NCBI GenBank assembly: GCA_030425805.1
Contig: JAUHZC010000002.1
Span: forward strand, 20,448 to 84,447
Direction: 5' to 3'
Source: Alphaproteobacteria bacterium
GTDB taxonomy: Bacteria; Pseudomonadota; Alphaproteobacteria; JAUHZC01
DNA: 64,000 nucleotides
Part shown: positions 1 through 9,001 of the stretch, in pieces
Layout: each line of letters opens with the position of its first letter
Position numbering within the stretch: position 1 is the stretch's first letter
Notes under the pieces: generated by a model
Told to the model about the DNA's origin: nothing
Database searches by the model: none
What the model saw: only the letters and a program-made list of their open reading frames with translations
Program-made: the position numbers and the translations under genes

Positions 1-251
1 CCTGTTGAGGCAAGGGTTGCTGCGATCTTATTTGAAATATGACCACTCTTGCCCATACCAGAAACAATGACACGTCCCTCAATTCCCAGAATTCGCTGAA
101 CAAGGGAAGCAAAGACATCTCCCGTATTTTCCTTTAAGGCCAGAATTCCCTGAGCTTCAACTTCCAAAACTCGATGTGCTTCTGCAGAAATCTCAGCTTT
201 AGACATCTGAGAAATTGATTTTTTCAAAGAAACAACACGAGAGTCAGCCAT
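1..251 (-). CDS. kdsD: KpsF/GutQ family arabinose-5-phosphate isomerase, 5' part (runs off left edge)
   Basis: Minus-strand translation from ATG at 251 contains the SIS motif GRVIVSGMGKSGHISNKIAATLASTG; lies directly downstream of rnd as in alphaproteobacteria. Confidence 0.9.
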   Translation of the reverse strand, partial: MADSRVVSLKKSISQMSKAEISAEAHRVLEVEAQGILALKENTGDVFASLVQRILGIEGRVIVSGMGKSGHISNKIAATLAST

Positions 252-260
252 TAAAATCTC

Positions 261-884
261 CTACTTGTAGTCAAAAGGGTCTTTGGCTTCATACCCTAAA
301 GCGTCTAAATAGGTACGACAGGCCAAAAAGTCAAAGCATCCATGAGCAAGTTCTAGCCGACCTTCTCGGATAAGACGCTCCTCAAGAATATCTCGCAATT
401 CCAAGAGGCGGAAAACATCCATGGCAGCATAAAGCTGCTGCTCTTTTGTAAGTTCATCCGCACCCCAATCTGAGGTTTGTTGTTCTTTTGAGACTTCAAC
501 GCCTAAAAGTTCCTGCATAAGATATTTGAAAGAGTGACGGTCTGTATATGTTCGCACCAACTTTGAGGCGATTTTGGTACAAAAAACGGGTGTTGTCATC
601 ACGCCAAGCTGCTGAAGAAACATCCCCATATCCGCCCGGGCATAATGGAAGACTTTTTCTAGAGTATGGTCCTCTAAAACAGAGATAAGACGTGGGCAAT
701 GAATTTCCTGCCCTAACTGCACCAAATGACATTCTCCGTCTCCTGCACTCAGTTGCACCAAACACAACCGATCCCGTTGAGGAAGAAGCCCCATAGACTC
801 TGTATCCACGGCAACACGCCCCGAAAAAGAAAGACCTTCTGGTAAATCACCTTTATGGAGATGGATTTTTGGAGTCTTTGACAT
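261..884 (-). CDS. rnd: Ribonuclease D-like 3'-5' exonuclease (DEDDy)
   Basis: VAVDTESMGL, RDRLCLVQL, KVFHYARAD, KEQQTSDWG, YAAMDV motifs; ATG at 884 chosen because the longer ORF overlaps the tRNA. Confidence 0.85.
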   Translation of the reverse strand: MSKTPKIHLHKGDLPEGLSFSGRVAVDTESMGLLPQRDRLCLVQLSAGDGECHLVQLGQEIHCPRLISVLEDHTLEKVFHYARADMGMFLQQLGVMTTPVFCTKIASKLVRTYTDRHSFKYLMQELLGVEVSKEQQTSDWGADELTKEQQLYAAMDVFRLLELRDILEERLIREGRLELAHGCFDFLACRTYLDALGYEAKDPFDYK

Positions 885-905
885 ACTGTATCCCTTTACA
901 CGATA

Positions 906-994
906 TGGTGCCCAGGAGAAGACTCGAACTTCCACGGGATTAATCTCCCACTAGAACCTGAATCTAGCGCGTCTACCAATTCCGCCACCTGGGC
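906..994 (-). tRNA. tRNA-Leu (anticodon CAG)
   Basis: Reverse complement GCCCAGGTGGCGGAATTGGTAGACGCGCTAGATTCAGGTTCTAG...GTTCGAGTCTTCTCCTGGGCACCA; long variable arm, encoded CCA. Confidence 0.97.
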
Positions 995-1073
995 CTGCCT
1001 CATTCTGTTTACCTCCAAATCGTTGAGAAGTCAATGAAGATCCCCTATAATGGAGGCAGTGAGGAGAGGCAAA

Positions 1074-2009
1074 ATGGAACATCTTCAAGGAAAAATTATT
1101 GTCGTTATCGGAGGATCGGGTTTCCTCGGACGGTATGTTGTCCGCCGCCTTGCCAAGCGGGGTGCCTTTGTTCGTATTGTGACGCCTCATCCTGAAAAAG
1201 CGGAATTTCTCCGGACAGCAGGAGCTGTTGGACAAATCACGCTCTACCAAGGGGATATAACCGCTCCTCTGAGTTTAAATACTGCATTTGAAGGAGCCTC
1301 TGCTGTTGTTAATCTGGTAGGGATTCTATACGAAAAAGGCAGCAAAACTTTTGAAGCTATTCATCATCTGGGTGCAAGAGCCATCGCCCAACTTGCTGAT
1401 GAGCACAATCTTCAATCCCTTGTGCATGTCTCCGCCCTCGGGGCAAATCTGAAAAGTCCTTCTGCATATGCTAGAACAAAAGCTGCTGGAGAAAAAGCTG
1501 TTCTCAGCAATTTTACCCACGCCACAATTCTCAGACCCAGTGTTATTTTTGGCCCTGAGGACCAATTCTTCAACCGATTTGCTCAAATGGCAAAGTTTTT
1601 TAAGACCCTCCCGCTTATCGGAGGGGGCGAAAAATTGATGCAGCCTGTGTATGTGGACAATATAGCAGAGGCAATTGAGCAGTCTCTTCTGAGCTCAGCT
1701 TTTCAAGGCAAAAAAATTGAGCTTGGGGGGCCAAAAACATATAGCTTTAAAAAGCTCATGGAGGTCATGTTGAAATGCCTCAATCGAGAGTGCGCTCTCA
1801 TCCCTCTACCCTACTTTCTTGCCTCTTTTGTAGGTCGTATCGCGAGCCTTCTTCCAACACCGCCCCTCACAGCGGATCAAGTAGAGCTTTTAAGGCAAGA
1901 TAATATTGTTGATTCAAATGCTCTTTCTCTAGGTAACATGGGAGTTACGCCAACACCCTTAGAGGAAGTTATCCCAACTTACCTTGAGTGTTACAAGCGA
2001 TACTGCTAG
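1074..2009 (+). CDS. Complex I NDUFA9 subunit family / NAD-dependent epimerase (SDR)
   Basis: GGSGFLGRYVV Rossmann motif, VVNLVGILYE, YARTKAAGE, ILRPSVIFGPED. Confidence 0.9.
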   Translation: MEHLQGKIIVVIGGSGFLGRYVVRRLAKRGAFVRIVTPHPEKAEFLRTAGAVGQITLYQGDITAPLSLNTAFEGASAVVNLVGILYEKGSKTFEAIHHLGARAIAQLADEHNLQSLVHVSALGANLKSPSAYARTKAAGEKAVLSNFTHATILRPSVIFGPEDQFFNRFAQMAKFFKTLPLIGGGEKLMQPVYVDNIAEAIEQSLLSSAFQGKKIELGGPKTYSFKKLMEVMLKCLNRECALIPLPYFLASFVGRIASLLPTPPLTADQVELLRQDNIVDSNALSLGNMGVTPTPLEEVIPTYLECYKRYC

Positions 2010-2012
2010 AGA

Positions 2013-3029
2013 TTACATCCCAATAGCTTGGTTAATCCAATGTCTCAAATGCACAATCACAGGATTGTTAAAAGGAGAGATTGAACTCAGAGCTTTCGCA
2101 CTCTTTGTATGAGGATGCAAAGTTGGTGCCGCCCCATAATGAGAATAGAGGTGCTTAAACCGAGTGCTTGCTCCTCCACGACGATGTGTCCATACGGCTG
2201 TTGGAAAAACGTCACTCTTTGTCACAAACTTTGCATACCGTGGATCATGGAACTGTACTGTGGATGAAATAAGATTTGATAGTACAGCCTGGTCTAAATG
2301 ATGCCACAGGAATCCTGGATAATTCTTTTTATCTGATTTGTGCCTTGGCAGTAGGTTTAGATTCTCCTGCTCTTCAAGTTTCATTTTCCAATTTCGAATC
2401 ATGGCCTGCCCCCGTAAATCATTTCGTACCATCATAAAAGATGATGAAATCAGGGGGTCTTTACGGCACTTCTCAATATGTTTTCCACAGAGCCGCTCTA
2501 TCACACTCCGACGGGTATAACACTCATTAGAGCCCACAAGAGAAGCCTCATCCCATCCATCTTTCTGAAAAACGTAGGAAACTTCTGGCCCAAGATCTTT
2601 GAACAAAGGCGCAATAGGTCCTTGGAAAATAAACCCAGCATCCATATAAATGACCCAATCTCCTTCAGGAATACTGGACAAGGCCTTTTCAATGACATAA
2701 GGCTTCCAAATCATTAGCCCTCCCCCCTTACTGTGAGAGAATGCAACCTTGTTTTGTTTTATAAATTTTTGATCCAACTGAGATTTTCCAAAAGCACGGT
2801 AAGAGGAAAAACCTTTGTTAATGGCAGAAGCTAAAAGAGAATTCTGGTTTTGAATAAAAACTTCACCACTTGCAAAAGAGACAAGATGAACACTGTTGTC
2901 TTTTAAGGGTGACTCAACAGGTTTTTGAAATGAATAATCATTGATAAAAGCAATACGAGCATATGCAAAAAACACGACAACAATAAGCCCGAGAAACACG
3001 CTCCCTAGAATTTTAAATGCTTTTTTCAT
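2013..3029 (-). CDS. Membrane-anchored putative GT-A-like glycosyltransferase
   Basis: N-terminal TM helix; WKPYVIEKAL...DWVIYMDAG and HHLDQAVLS segments resemble nucleotide-sugar transferases. Confidence 0.45.
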   Translation of the reverse strand: MKKAFKILGSVFLGLIVVVFFAYARIAFINDYSFQKPVESPLKDNSVHLVSFASGEVFIQNQNSLLASAINKGFSSYRAFGKSQLDQKFIKQNKVAFSHSKGGGLMIWKPYVIEKALSSIPEGDWVIYMDAGFIFQGPIAPLFKDLGPEVSYVFQKDGWDEASLVGSNECYTRRSVIERLCGKHIEKCRKDPLISSSFMMVRNDLRGQAMIRNWKMKLEEQENLNLLPRHKSDKKNYPGFLWHHLDQAVLSNLISSTVQFHDPRYAKFVTKSDVFPTAVWTHRRGGASTRFKHLYSHYGAAPTLHPHTKSAKALSSISPFNNPVIVHLRHWINQAIGM

Positions 3030-3220
3030 GAAATTTTTCAAACCTTTTTTTTAGGACTAGCATAAACCACTCCTACCCTCACCTGTTTTTTTAGAACCTC
3101 TTAAGTTTGACCTCCCAAACCTTTTTTGACATCGCAGGAAAAGCAAAACATCAAAATGACAGAAAACCAGGGGTTGTAGAGCATGTTATAATTTTAGTTA
3201 ATATTTAATGATTCTAAAAA

Positions 3221-5452
3221 ATGAAAAATGTAAGTTTATGTGTCCTCGCCCTTTTATTAATTTTTTTAGGAGAGTATCGGGCCTTTGGTGCTGAAGCTAA
3301 AGAGGGAGAGGGAAGAGAGCCTGCTGATGCGGCCTTATCAGACTCTAGCGGTGGTGAAGATGGTTGGGAATTAGAAGATTTGTTCGGAGCCGTAGGAGAA
3401 GATGCTGCTGCAGAAGCAGCCGCAGCTGCCCCTCCAAAAACAAGCCACCCCCCTTTACATAGTTCACCACCAGCAGCATGCGGCAGGAGAATTGCTGGCT
3501 CATCACTCCTTGCTGTTCCAGCTGCAAGAGCAAGTAGTGATCCAGCTTTTCCTGGAGATAGAGTCCCACCGGTTGGCAAAACTCAGAGAGGATTACTCCC
3601 AGGAAACGCAAATATAAGGGGACTTCCTCAAAAACCCGGGGGTAGAGTTATGAGATTTGACCGTGCAGTAGCAATTACCAGACTGGGACGTACAGCAGCT
3701 GCAGCGAGAGAATTAATGGCAGCTGCTGCTGGACCCAGTGGCCTCCTCTTGCGTGGTCATTCTGAGGGGATAGCTGCTGCCCCCACATCCAGAAACGCTT
3801 CTCAAGCAGCGGGTCTTGCGGCACCAGACTCGGGGGGGGGAGCTGCTCCAGAATTAGCCCGAGGGTTGAGCGTTGATACACAAGTGACAAACTCTAGTGG
3901 AGCAACGCCCTGTGAGAGATTTTATAGAATTCAGGCGCGCTGTCACGCTCATCTTAATTTAGATTATAGGAGAGTTGCCCGTGCTGTTAGAGAAGCGTGT
4001 GAACCTGGTTCCCTTTGTTTTACAGAGCTTAAGGCAGAGATCGGTACTGCTGCTGATGCAGCAGCGGCATCTTTCTCAGCCGTTACAAGCCTCTCTGGCT
4101 CTGGTGTTGTCCTCTATAAGGTCTTAAGAGAATTCTGTCGTTATACGAAAATTACAGGTGCAACAGGTCCAAGTATTCTCAGGGATGTTCACGCACATTT
4201 TCATGAGGATGTTATCGCTCTCTGCTCAGCTTCAGCCTCCCCTCCTGAAGATCCTGCAGTCCATCTCCGCCAACGTGTTTTGGGGATTTACCTTTTACGC
4301 AAAGCAGGGGTTTCTCTAGAATCTCTCTCCTTAAAGGTTATACAAGCCTTTTCTCTAGATGCTTCAGATCCTGCCCTAGAAGGCTTGGAGCCTTTTATGG
4401 CGACAGATGATGATGGTTCAAGGAGCATAATCTTACCCCATAATGGCTATATTTTAGATGGGCAATTCTTTTGGTATGACTGCACAAGTGCCATTTATGC
4501 GGCTTACCGAAAATTTTTAGGAGAGCTTCCAGCTGGCGTGCGTTTTGATACAGGCCTCCTAAAAGCTTTTGTACACTCAACACAGGGTGGAGCTGCTCCC
4601 CCAGTTGAACTTCCATTTGATGTTGTCGCGGATCACAGAGACATAAAAGCCCGGGATATTCTCTTCTGGCGGTATGGCGATGAGGAAGCAGGAGAAGCTG
4701 CGGCTGCAACAACCCTTGAAGAAGAAGCAGCACGACGTGGAGGGCACGGTATGCTTGTTGTAGATGTGGAAGTAAACCTTGCAGGCGAGACAATTGTCTC
4801 CTTTGAAGAAGCTAAAAACTTCACTGGGGGGTTCCGTGTCCGCAGAGTTCGCCTCCAAGATATTCTTGAAGGCAATATTGCCGGAGCAGGAGGCCTCGAG
4901 TATCATATACTAAGGCCTCAGGCTGGTCTTATCCCTGCAGGCGCAGACCTCACAGCGCTTCCTGCAGCAAGCTCAAGCTCACTGCTTGCAGCAGCTGTTG
5001 CTATGGTAAGTGTTCCAGGGGACCCTGATGCTGCCAACTTAGGACTGGAAGCAGCTTTTGGCCTTTTGGGAGATAGACGAGCTACACCAGAAGAGGGCCC
5101 AGGAGTAGCCGGACCAGGACTAGGACTTGGGTTAGATTTAGCAGCAGATGAGGCTCTCGCAGCAGTGGAAGGTCTCTCACCGCCTGCCGCTACAGCTATG
5201 GCAGCGCCTCTGGGAGGCTTGAGAAGGTTTTCTTCTGGCGATACAGACGATACTGAAGATATGGGAAGAGAAGAACCACATCACCTGCAAGAGGAGTCTA
5301 CCCGCTCTTTAGCCACTGCTGCTGAAGGAGGAGAAGGAACTGACAGAACGGGAGATGGTGATGGCGAAGAATTTGATCTTTCCGTCGAAGATGTCCCAGA
5401 AGCTGCTGCAGTGGCGGCAGCTGCTGTAGCTGCAAATGCTGATGATGAATAA
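3221..5452 (+). CDS. Orphan exported protein with low-complexity termini and a central NlpC/P60-like module
   Basis: 743-aa ORF; signal peptide ending RAFGA; YDCTS / DILFW / GHGMLV motifs; acidic Ala-rich tail. Confidence 0.65.
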   Translation: MKNVSLCVLALLLIFLGEYRAFGAEAKEGEGREPADAALSDSSGGEDGWELEDLFGAVGEDAAAEAAAAAPPKTSHPPLHSSPPAACGRRIAGSSLLAVPAARASSDPAFPGDRVPPVGKTQRGLLPGNANIRGLPQKPGGRVMRFDRAVAITRLGRTAAAARELMAAAAGPSGLLLRGHSEGIAAAPTSRNASQAAGLAAPDSGGGAAPELARGLSVDTQVTNSSGATPCERFYRIQARCHAHLNLDYRRVARAVREACEPGSLCFTELKAEIGTAADAAAASFSAVTSLSGSGVVLYKVLREFCRYTKITGATGPSILRDVHAHFHEDVIALCSASASPPEDPAVHLRQRVLGIYLLRKAGVSLESLSLKVIQAFSLDASDPALEGLEPFMATDDDGSRSIILPHNGYILDGQFFWYDCTSAIYAAYRKFLGELPAGVRFDTGLLKAFVHSTQGGAAPPVELPFDVVADHRDIKARDILFWRYGDEEAGEAAAATTLEEEAARRGGHGMLVVDVEVNLAGETIVSFEEAKNFTGGFRVRRVRLQDILEGNIAGAGGLEYHILRPQAGLIPAGADLTALPAASSSSLLAAAVAMVSVPGDPDAANLGLEAAFGLLGDRRATPEEGPGVAGPGLGLGLDLAADEALAAVEGLSPPAATAMAAPLGGLRRFSSGDTDDTEDMGREEPHHLQEESTRSLATAAEGGEGTDRTGDGDGEEFDLSVEDVPEAAAVAAAAVAANADDE

Positions 5453-5529
5453 TAATCTTGTTAGAGAGGCTTTTTGATCACAAGTCTTGCTGGGTTGATT
5501 TTATATATGCATTACGTCTCTACGCAAAA

Positions 5530-6129
5530 TTAAGCCACTTCATCTGTATCTATTATGGAAATTTGTGACCTTAAACAATTCAAAAGACCAGAGCCTTCAC
5601 CTGGACCTGCACAAACACATGCGATTGCAGCCAAAGTCATGGCTTGTATTGCTTCATCATTAAGGCCAAAAATTTGCCCAGACTGCTTATCACTAAGGGG
5701 AAATTGTTCACAAAATTTTTTCAGGCATTTCCCCAATGCGGCACCTCTGACCTCTGTCTCTGGGTTAGGAGGTTGACTTCTTGTGGTAGCTGCCCCAATG
5801 CGTGAAAGAATCACCTGGAAACGCCAAGGCATATCCCAAATTGCATCCTCATTACGTTCATAAAACACCTCCCGCTTAAAATCGGCAGCGGCAACATCGA
5901 GAGCCTTTAAAATCTCAACCAATTGTGAAACGTGGTTATCTGCAGGTTCTTGGTGCTCTGCTTCTTCCGCAATTTGCTCGGCTGAAAGCTCGGCCGCAGT
6001 TAATGCCAATGCTTGTTGCAAGGCCCTATGAAGAACATCCTGCCCAAGCAGTGTGGTATCTGCTCCAGCTGCACTCCCTCAAGAAGGAAAACTGAATAAA
6101 AGTGCAACAATACAAAAAATAATCTTCAT
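5530..6129 (-). pseudogene. Orphan exported-protein gene interrupted by an in-frame TGA at 6079-6081
   Basis: From ATG 6129: MKIIFCIVALLFSFPS*GSAAGADTT..., in frame with ORF 5530..6021; neighbours read PSWGA and LWGA at this position. Confidence 0.7.
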
Positions 6130-6135
6130 TTTTTA

Positions 6136-6738
6136 TCATTCTAATATACTTTTTAAACAACGGTGCAAAACCTGCAAAAATTTTGACCTTGGCTGCAACG
6201 CCACTGTTTCAACAGCCCGATTCAAGGCAACAACAACACCCCAATCACTGTCTTCATCTGAGGGAGCACCATCTGTGAGGTGTAAAACTGGGAAGGTGAT
6301 TGTTTTACCTGCTTTCTTTTCAGCTTCAACATCTTCTCCAATAACTTGCTTCTGTTGTAGTTCCAAAACACATCGTAGGAAAAAGTCTGTAATCAGTTGC
6401 CTTGGGGTTTTTTGTGACACAGGATCTTTTCTTCCCATGTACTTTTCCTTCCCTTCAGTTGAGTTACGAACGTTTCTTACAAGTTCGTAAAAACTAATTT
6501 GTATGGGAGAAAATCCCTCTGCAACAGTGGGAGAGCTTCCCTGCAAATCAACGATAGCCAGATCCCCAAAAAAACACCATAAAGCTTGCACTCGGGCTAG
6601 CCCAACACCCCCTGGAAGTTCCTTATAGCCACAGGAAGCATAAAAAACTTCATTCAAAGTTGCAGGCCCTTTTTCCTCCGGATTAGCACCCCAAAGGGAA
6701 ACGTTTAACAAAAACAAAAAAACGAGACTATACCTCAT
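6136..6738 (-). CDS. Orphan exported protein, paralog of 6728..7330
   Basis: MRYSLVFLFLLNVSLWGA signal; shared blocks with the upstream gene. Confidence 0.7.
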   Translation of the reverse strand: MRYSLVFLFLLNVSLWGANPEEKGPATLNEVFYASCGYKELPGGVGLARVQALWCFFGDLAIVDLQGSSPTVAEGFSPIQISFYELVRNVRNSTEGKEKYMGRKDPVSQKTPRQLITDFFLRCVLELQQKQVIGEDVEAEKKAGKTITFPVLHLTDGAPSDEDSDWGVVVALNRAVETVALQPRSKFLQVLHRCLKSILE

Positions 6739-7330
6739 CTGAAGCTCCACTATTCTGAGCAGCAGTTTCTGCTTCTTCAAGAAGCTCTAATATCTCAGTC
6801 TCAAGTATCTCAAGAAAGGATCCGTTAACTTTATCTTTGGCCTGTGCAGAAACAGCGAGAGAAAGCACCAACCAAATCCTGGAGTCTGATCCTGGGTCCC
6901 CCTCTTTTTCCTCGACAAAAGGCTTAAATGTATTCCCATCTCCTAGGTCTAAGGTAACCCTCGTAAAAAACGACTCAACCAGTCCGCATGCTTTTTCATC
7001 TTTTTTATCTCCAGATAAATCACTATTTCCATAATTTTCTGTAACGCCATCTAAAAGAGCAGCATATCCCCACACATTATCAAGCATTCCATCATCTTCT
7101 TCCTCATTATCAGGGATGGCCCCCATCTCTTCTTCACCTTCCTCCCAGTGGACAGAAAATGCCTTAAGGCGACGATACAAAGCAAGCTCTCGCGGCGTTG
7201 GATCAGGAGCATCGGCTGAACTTCCTACCACAGCACGCATCACCTCTTCCCAACTCATAAGCCCAGCTGCATCAGCCCCCCAGCTTGGCACAGCAAAGAA
7301 GGCACAGAAAAAAAAGAGGAGAGGCTTCAC
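6728..7330 (-). CDS. Orphan exported acidic protein
   Basis: GTG start; MKPLLFFFCAFFAVPSWGA signal peptide; 200-aa ORF. Confidence 0.7.
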   Translation of the reverse strand: MKPLLFFFCAFFAVPSWGADAAGLMSWEEVMRAVVGSSADAPDPTPRELALYRRLKAFSVHWEEGEEEMGAIPDNEEEDDGMLDNVWGYAALLDGVTENYGNSDLSGDKKDEKACGLVESFFTRVTLDLGDGNTFKPFVEEKEGDPGSDSRIWLVLSLAVSAQAKDKVNGSFLEILETEILELLEEAETAAQNSGASDEV

Positions 7331-7563
7331 GGGAAATCCTTAAAATTTTATTTTTTCTACAAAAGTCTATTCTTACTGTAAAGGGGTTTATTAAATAAAA
7401 TCAATGACTATACTAAGAGTTTAAACTCTTTTTAAAAAAGTATATGTTTTCTTTCTTTTCCCTGAAGACAAAGGCTTTTTTTTTCGCTAAGCTTTTGGTC
7501 ATGATTTTTTTTGCTGGGCTCTTCACAGAGCTTTCAACCTACGCGAAAAAGGAACAGCGACAG

Positions 7564-8160
7564 ATGTGGCACGACAAAACAGACACACCCTGGCTCCTTG
7601 TTGGCCTTGGAAATCCGGGTGAAAAGTATACACGTAATCGCCATAATATTGGTTTTCTTGCTGCCGATGAAATCGCTAAGGAGTATGGTTTCTCTGCCTT
7701 CAAACCCCAATTTCAAGGCCTGATTGCCCAAGGAATAATTGAAGGGCAGAAGGGTTATATTCTCAAGCCTCAGACATATATGAACCTCTCTGGTCAAAGT
7801 GTCTTGGCCGCTTGTCAGTTTTACAAAATCCCCTTGGAGCGAGTCTGCGTAATCCATGATGATATTGATCTGGAGCCTGGCAAGATTAAGCTCAAACAAG
7901 GCGGTGGACATGGGGGGCATAATGGCCTCCGGGATATTGATGCACGGTTGGGAAAAAATTACTGGCGCCTTCGGGTTGGTGTGGGCCATCCCGGCCATCG
8001 GGACGCCGTCTCGGGCTACGTCTTGAAAGACTTTCCCAAGGCGGAAGAAAAAGGCTGGGTCTTTGATTTCCTGACACAGTCCCCGCCCCTCTTTTCTCTG
8101 CTTTTCAAGAAAGAATGGGAAACATTTACATCAAAATTAAACAATTGCATAACAAGATAA
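7564..8160 (+). CDS. pth: Peptidyl-tRNA hydrolase
   Basis: LLVGLGNPG, TRNRHNIGF, KPQTYMNLSG, HDDID, GGHGGHNGL. Confidence 0.97.
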   Translation: MWHDKTDTPWLLVGLGNPGEKYTRNRHNIGFLAADEIAKEYGFSAFKPQFQGLIAQGIIEGQKGYILKPQTYMNLSGQSVLAACQFYKIPLERVCVIHDDIDLEPGKIKLKQGGGHGGHNGLRDIDARLGKNYWRLRVGVGHPGHRDAVSGYVLKDFPKAEEKGWVFDFLTQSPPLFSLLFKKEWETFTSKLNNCITR

Positions 8161-8182
8161 TTTTTTTATATGATTGTTTATT

Positions 8183-8917
8183 ATGAAAAATTTTGTTTGG
8201 ATACTTATCCTTTTTCCTTCGTTTTTATGGGGTGCGCACCCTGACTGGGCACAGCGTGCGGTCCCTGATGGAGCATGTTTAAAAGGCCCTTTGGCAGATC
8301 CGAAAGAGATGACTTTAGACCATTTAAAAGTTCTCGCACGCCAATATAAAGAACTTAATGCAATATTCTTAGCAAGAAGAGAAGAGCATGGAATGATGCT
8401 GTTAGCACACGCACCTGCTTTTGCAGCTGAGCATAGAGCTTGTGCTGCCTGTACAGAAGCCTCTATTAAGCTCGGTGAAATTAATGCCGCTTTGAGGGAA
8501 GCTCCTCACGATAGAAGAATTCTCACTGCCAGAGCGGAAGCCACTGTAGTTTACCGAAGGGCCCGGCATCACTGGGAAGTTATGCATGAAGCCGCAAGAG
8601 ATCCCCGTACGAGAATTGCTGGTATAGAGGAAAACATTCAAGCTCTTTACTATCATTGTAGTTACCTTCACTGTTGTGCCCAAGAACTCGCATCTCGGGA
8701 AGAAGCCGCTGAATCAAGAGCACGTGCTGAAGCTGAAGCACACAGAAGAGCTGCTGAAGAAACTCGTGCTGCACGAGCAGCCCAAAGGCGAGAAAGAGAG
8801 GAGGCTTGGCTGGCCGCTCTAAAGCTTCATTCAGAAGCGGAAAGAGCTAGAGCTGCTAGAAACCGTGAGGAACGTGCAAGACGAAGGAGCCGTGGCGATA
8901 GTGTTTGGTCCGAATAA
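8183..8917 (+). CDS. Orphan exported Arg/Ala/Glu-rich coiled-coil protein
   Basis: MKNFVWILILFPSFLWGA signal; charged helical C-terminus; sits between pth and ychF. Confidence 0.7.
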   Translation: MKNFVWILILFPSFLWGAHPDWAQRAVPDGACLKGPLADPKEMTLDHLKVLARQYKELNAIFLARREEHGMMLLAHAPAFAAEHRACAACTEASIKLGEINAALREAPHDRRILTARAEATVVYRRARHHWEVMHEAARDPRTRIAGIEENIQALYYHCSYLHCCAQELASREEAAESRARAEAEAHRRAAEETRAARAAQRREREEAWLAALKLHSEAERARAARNREERARRRSRGDSVWSE

Positions 8918-9001
8918 ACTCCTGCCACACACCCCTCGTAAACACGGTTCACATCTCATTAAAATCAGCGTATAAGAACAAAAACGCCTTAGGAGATTAA
9001 G

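Noticed and set aside
951..1250. 99-aa minus-strand ORF and the N-terminal extension of rnd to 935
   Set aside because: Both overlap tRNA-Leu, and the former also overlaps the NDUFA9-like gene
6079..6081. Genome-wide TGA=Trp recoding (genetic code 4)
   Set aside because: Conserved genes (lptB, ruvC, yebC) end at TGA at their expected C-termini, and none of the core genes is interrupted by TGA
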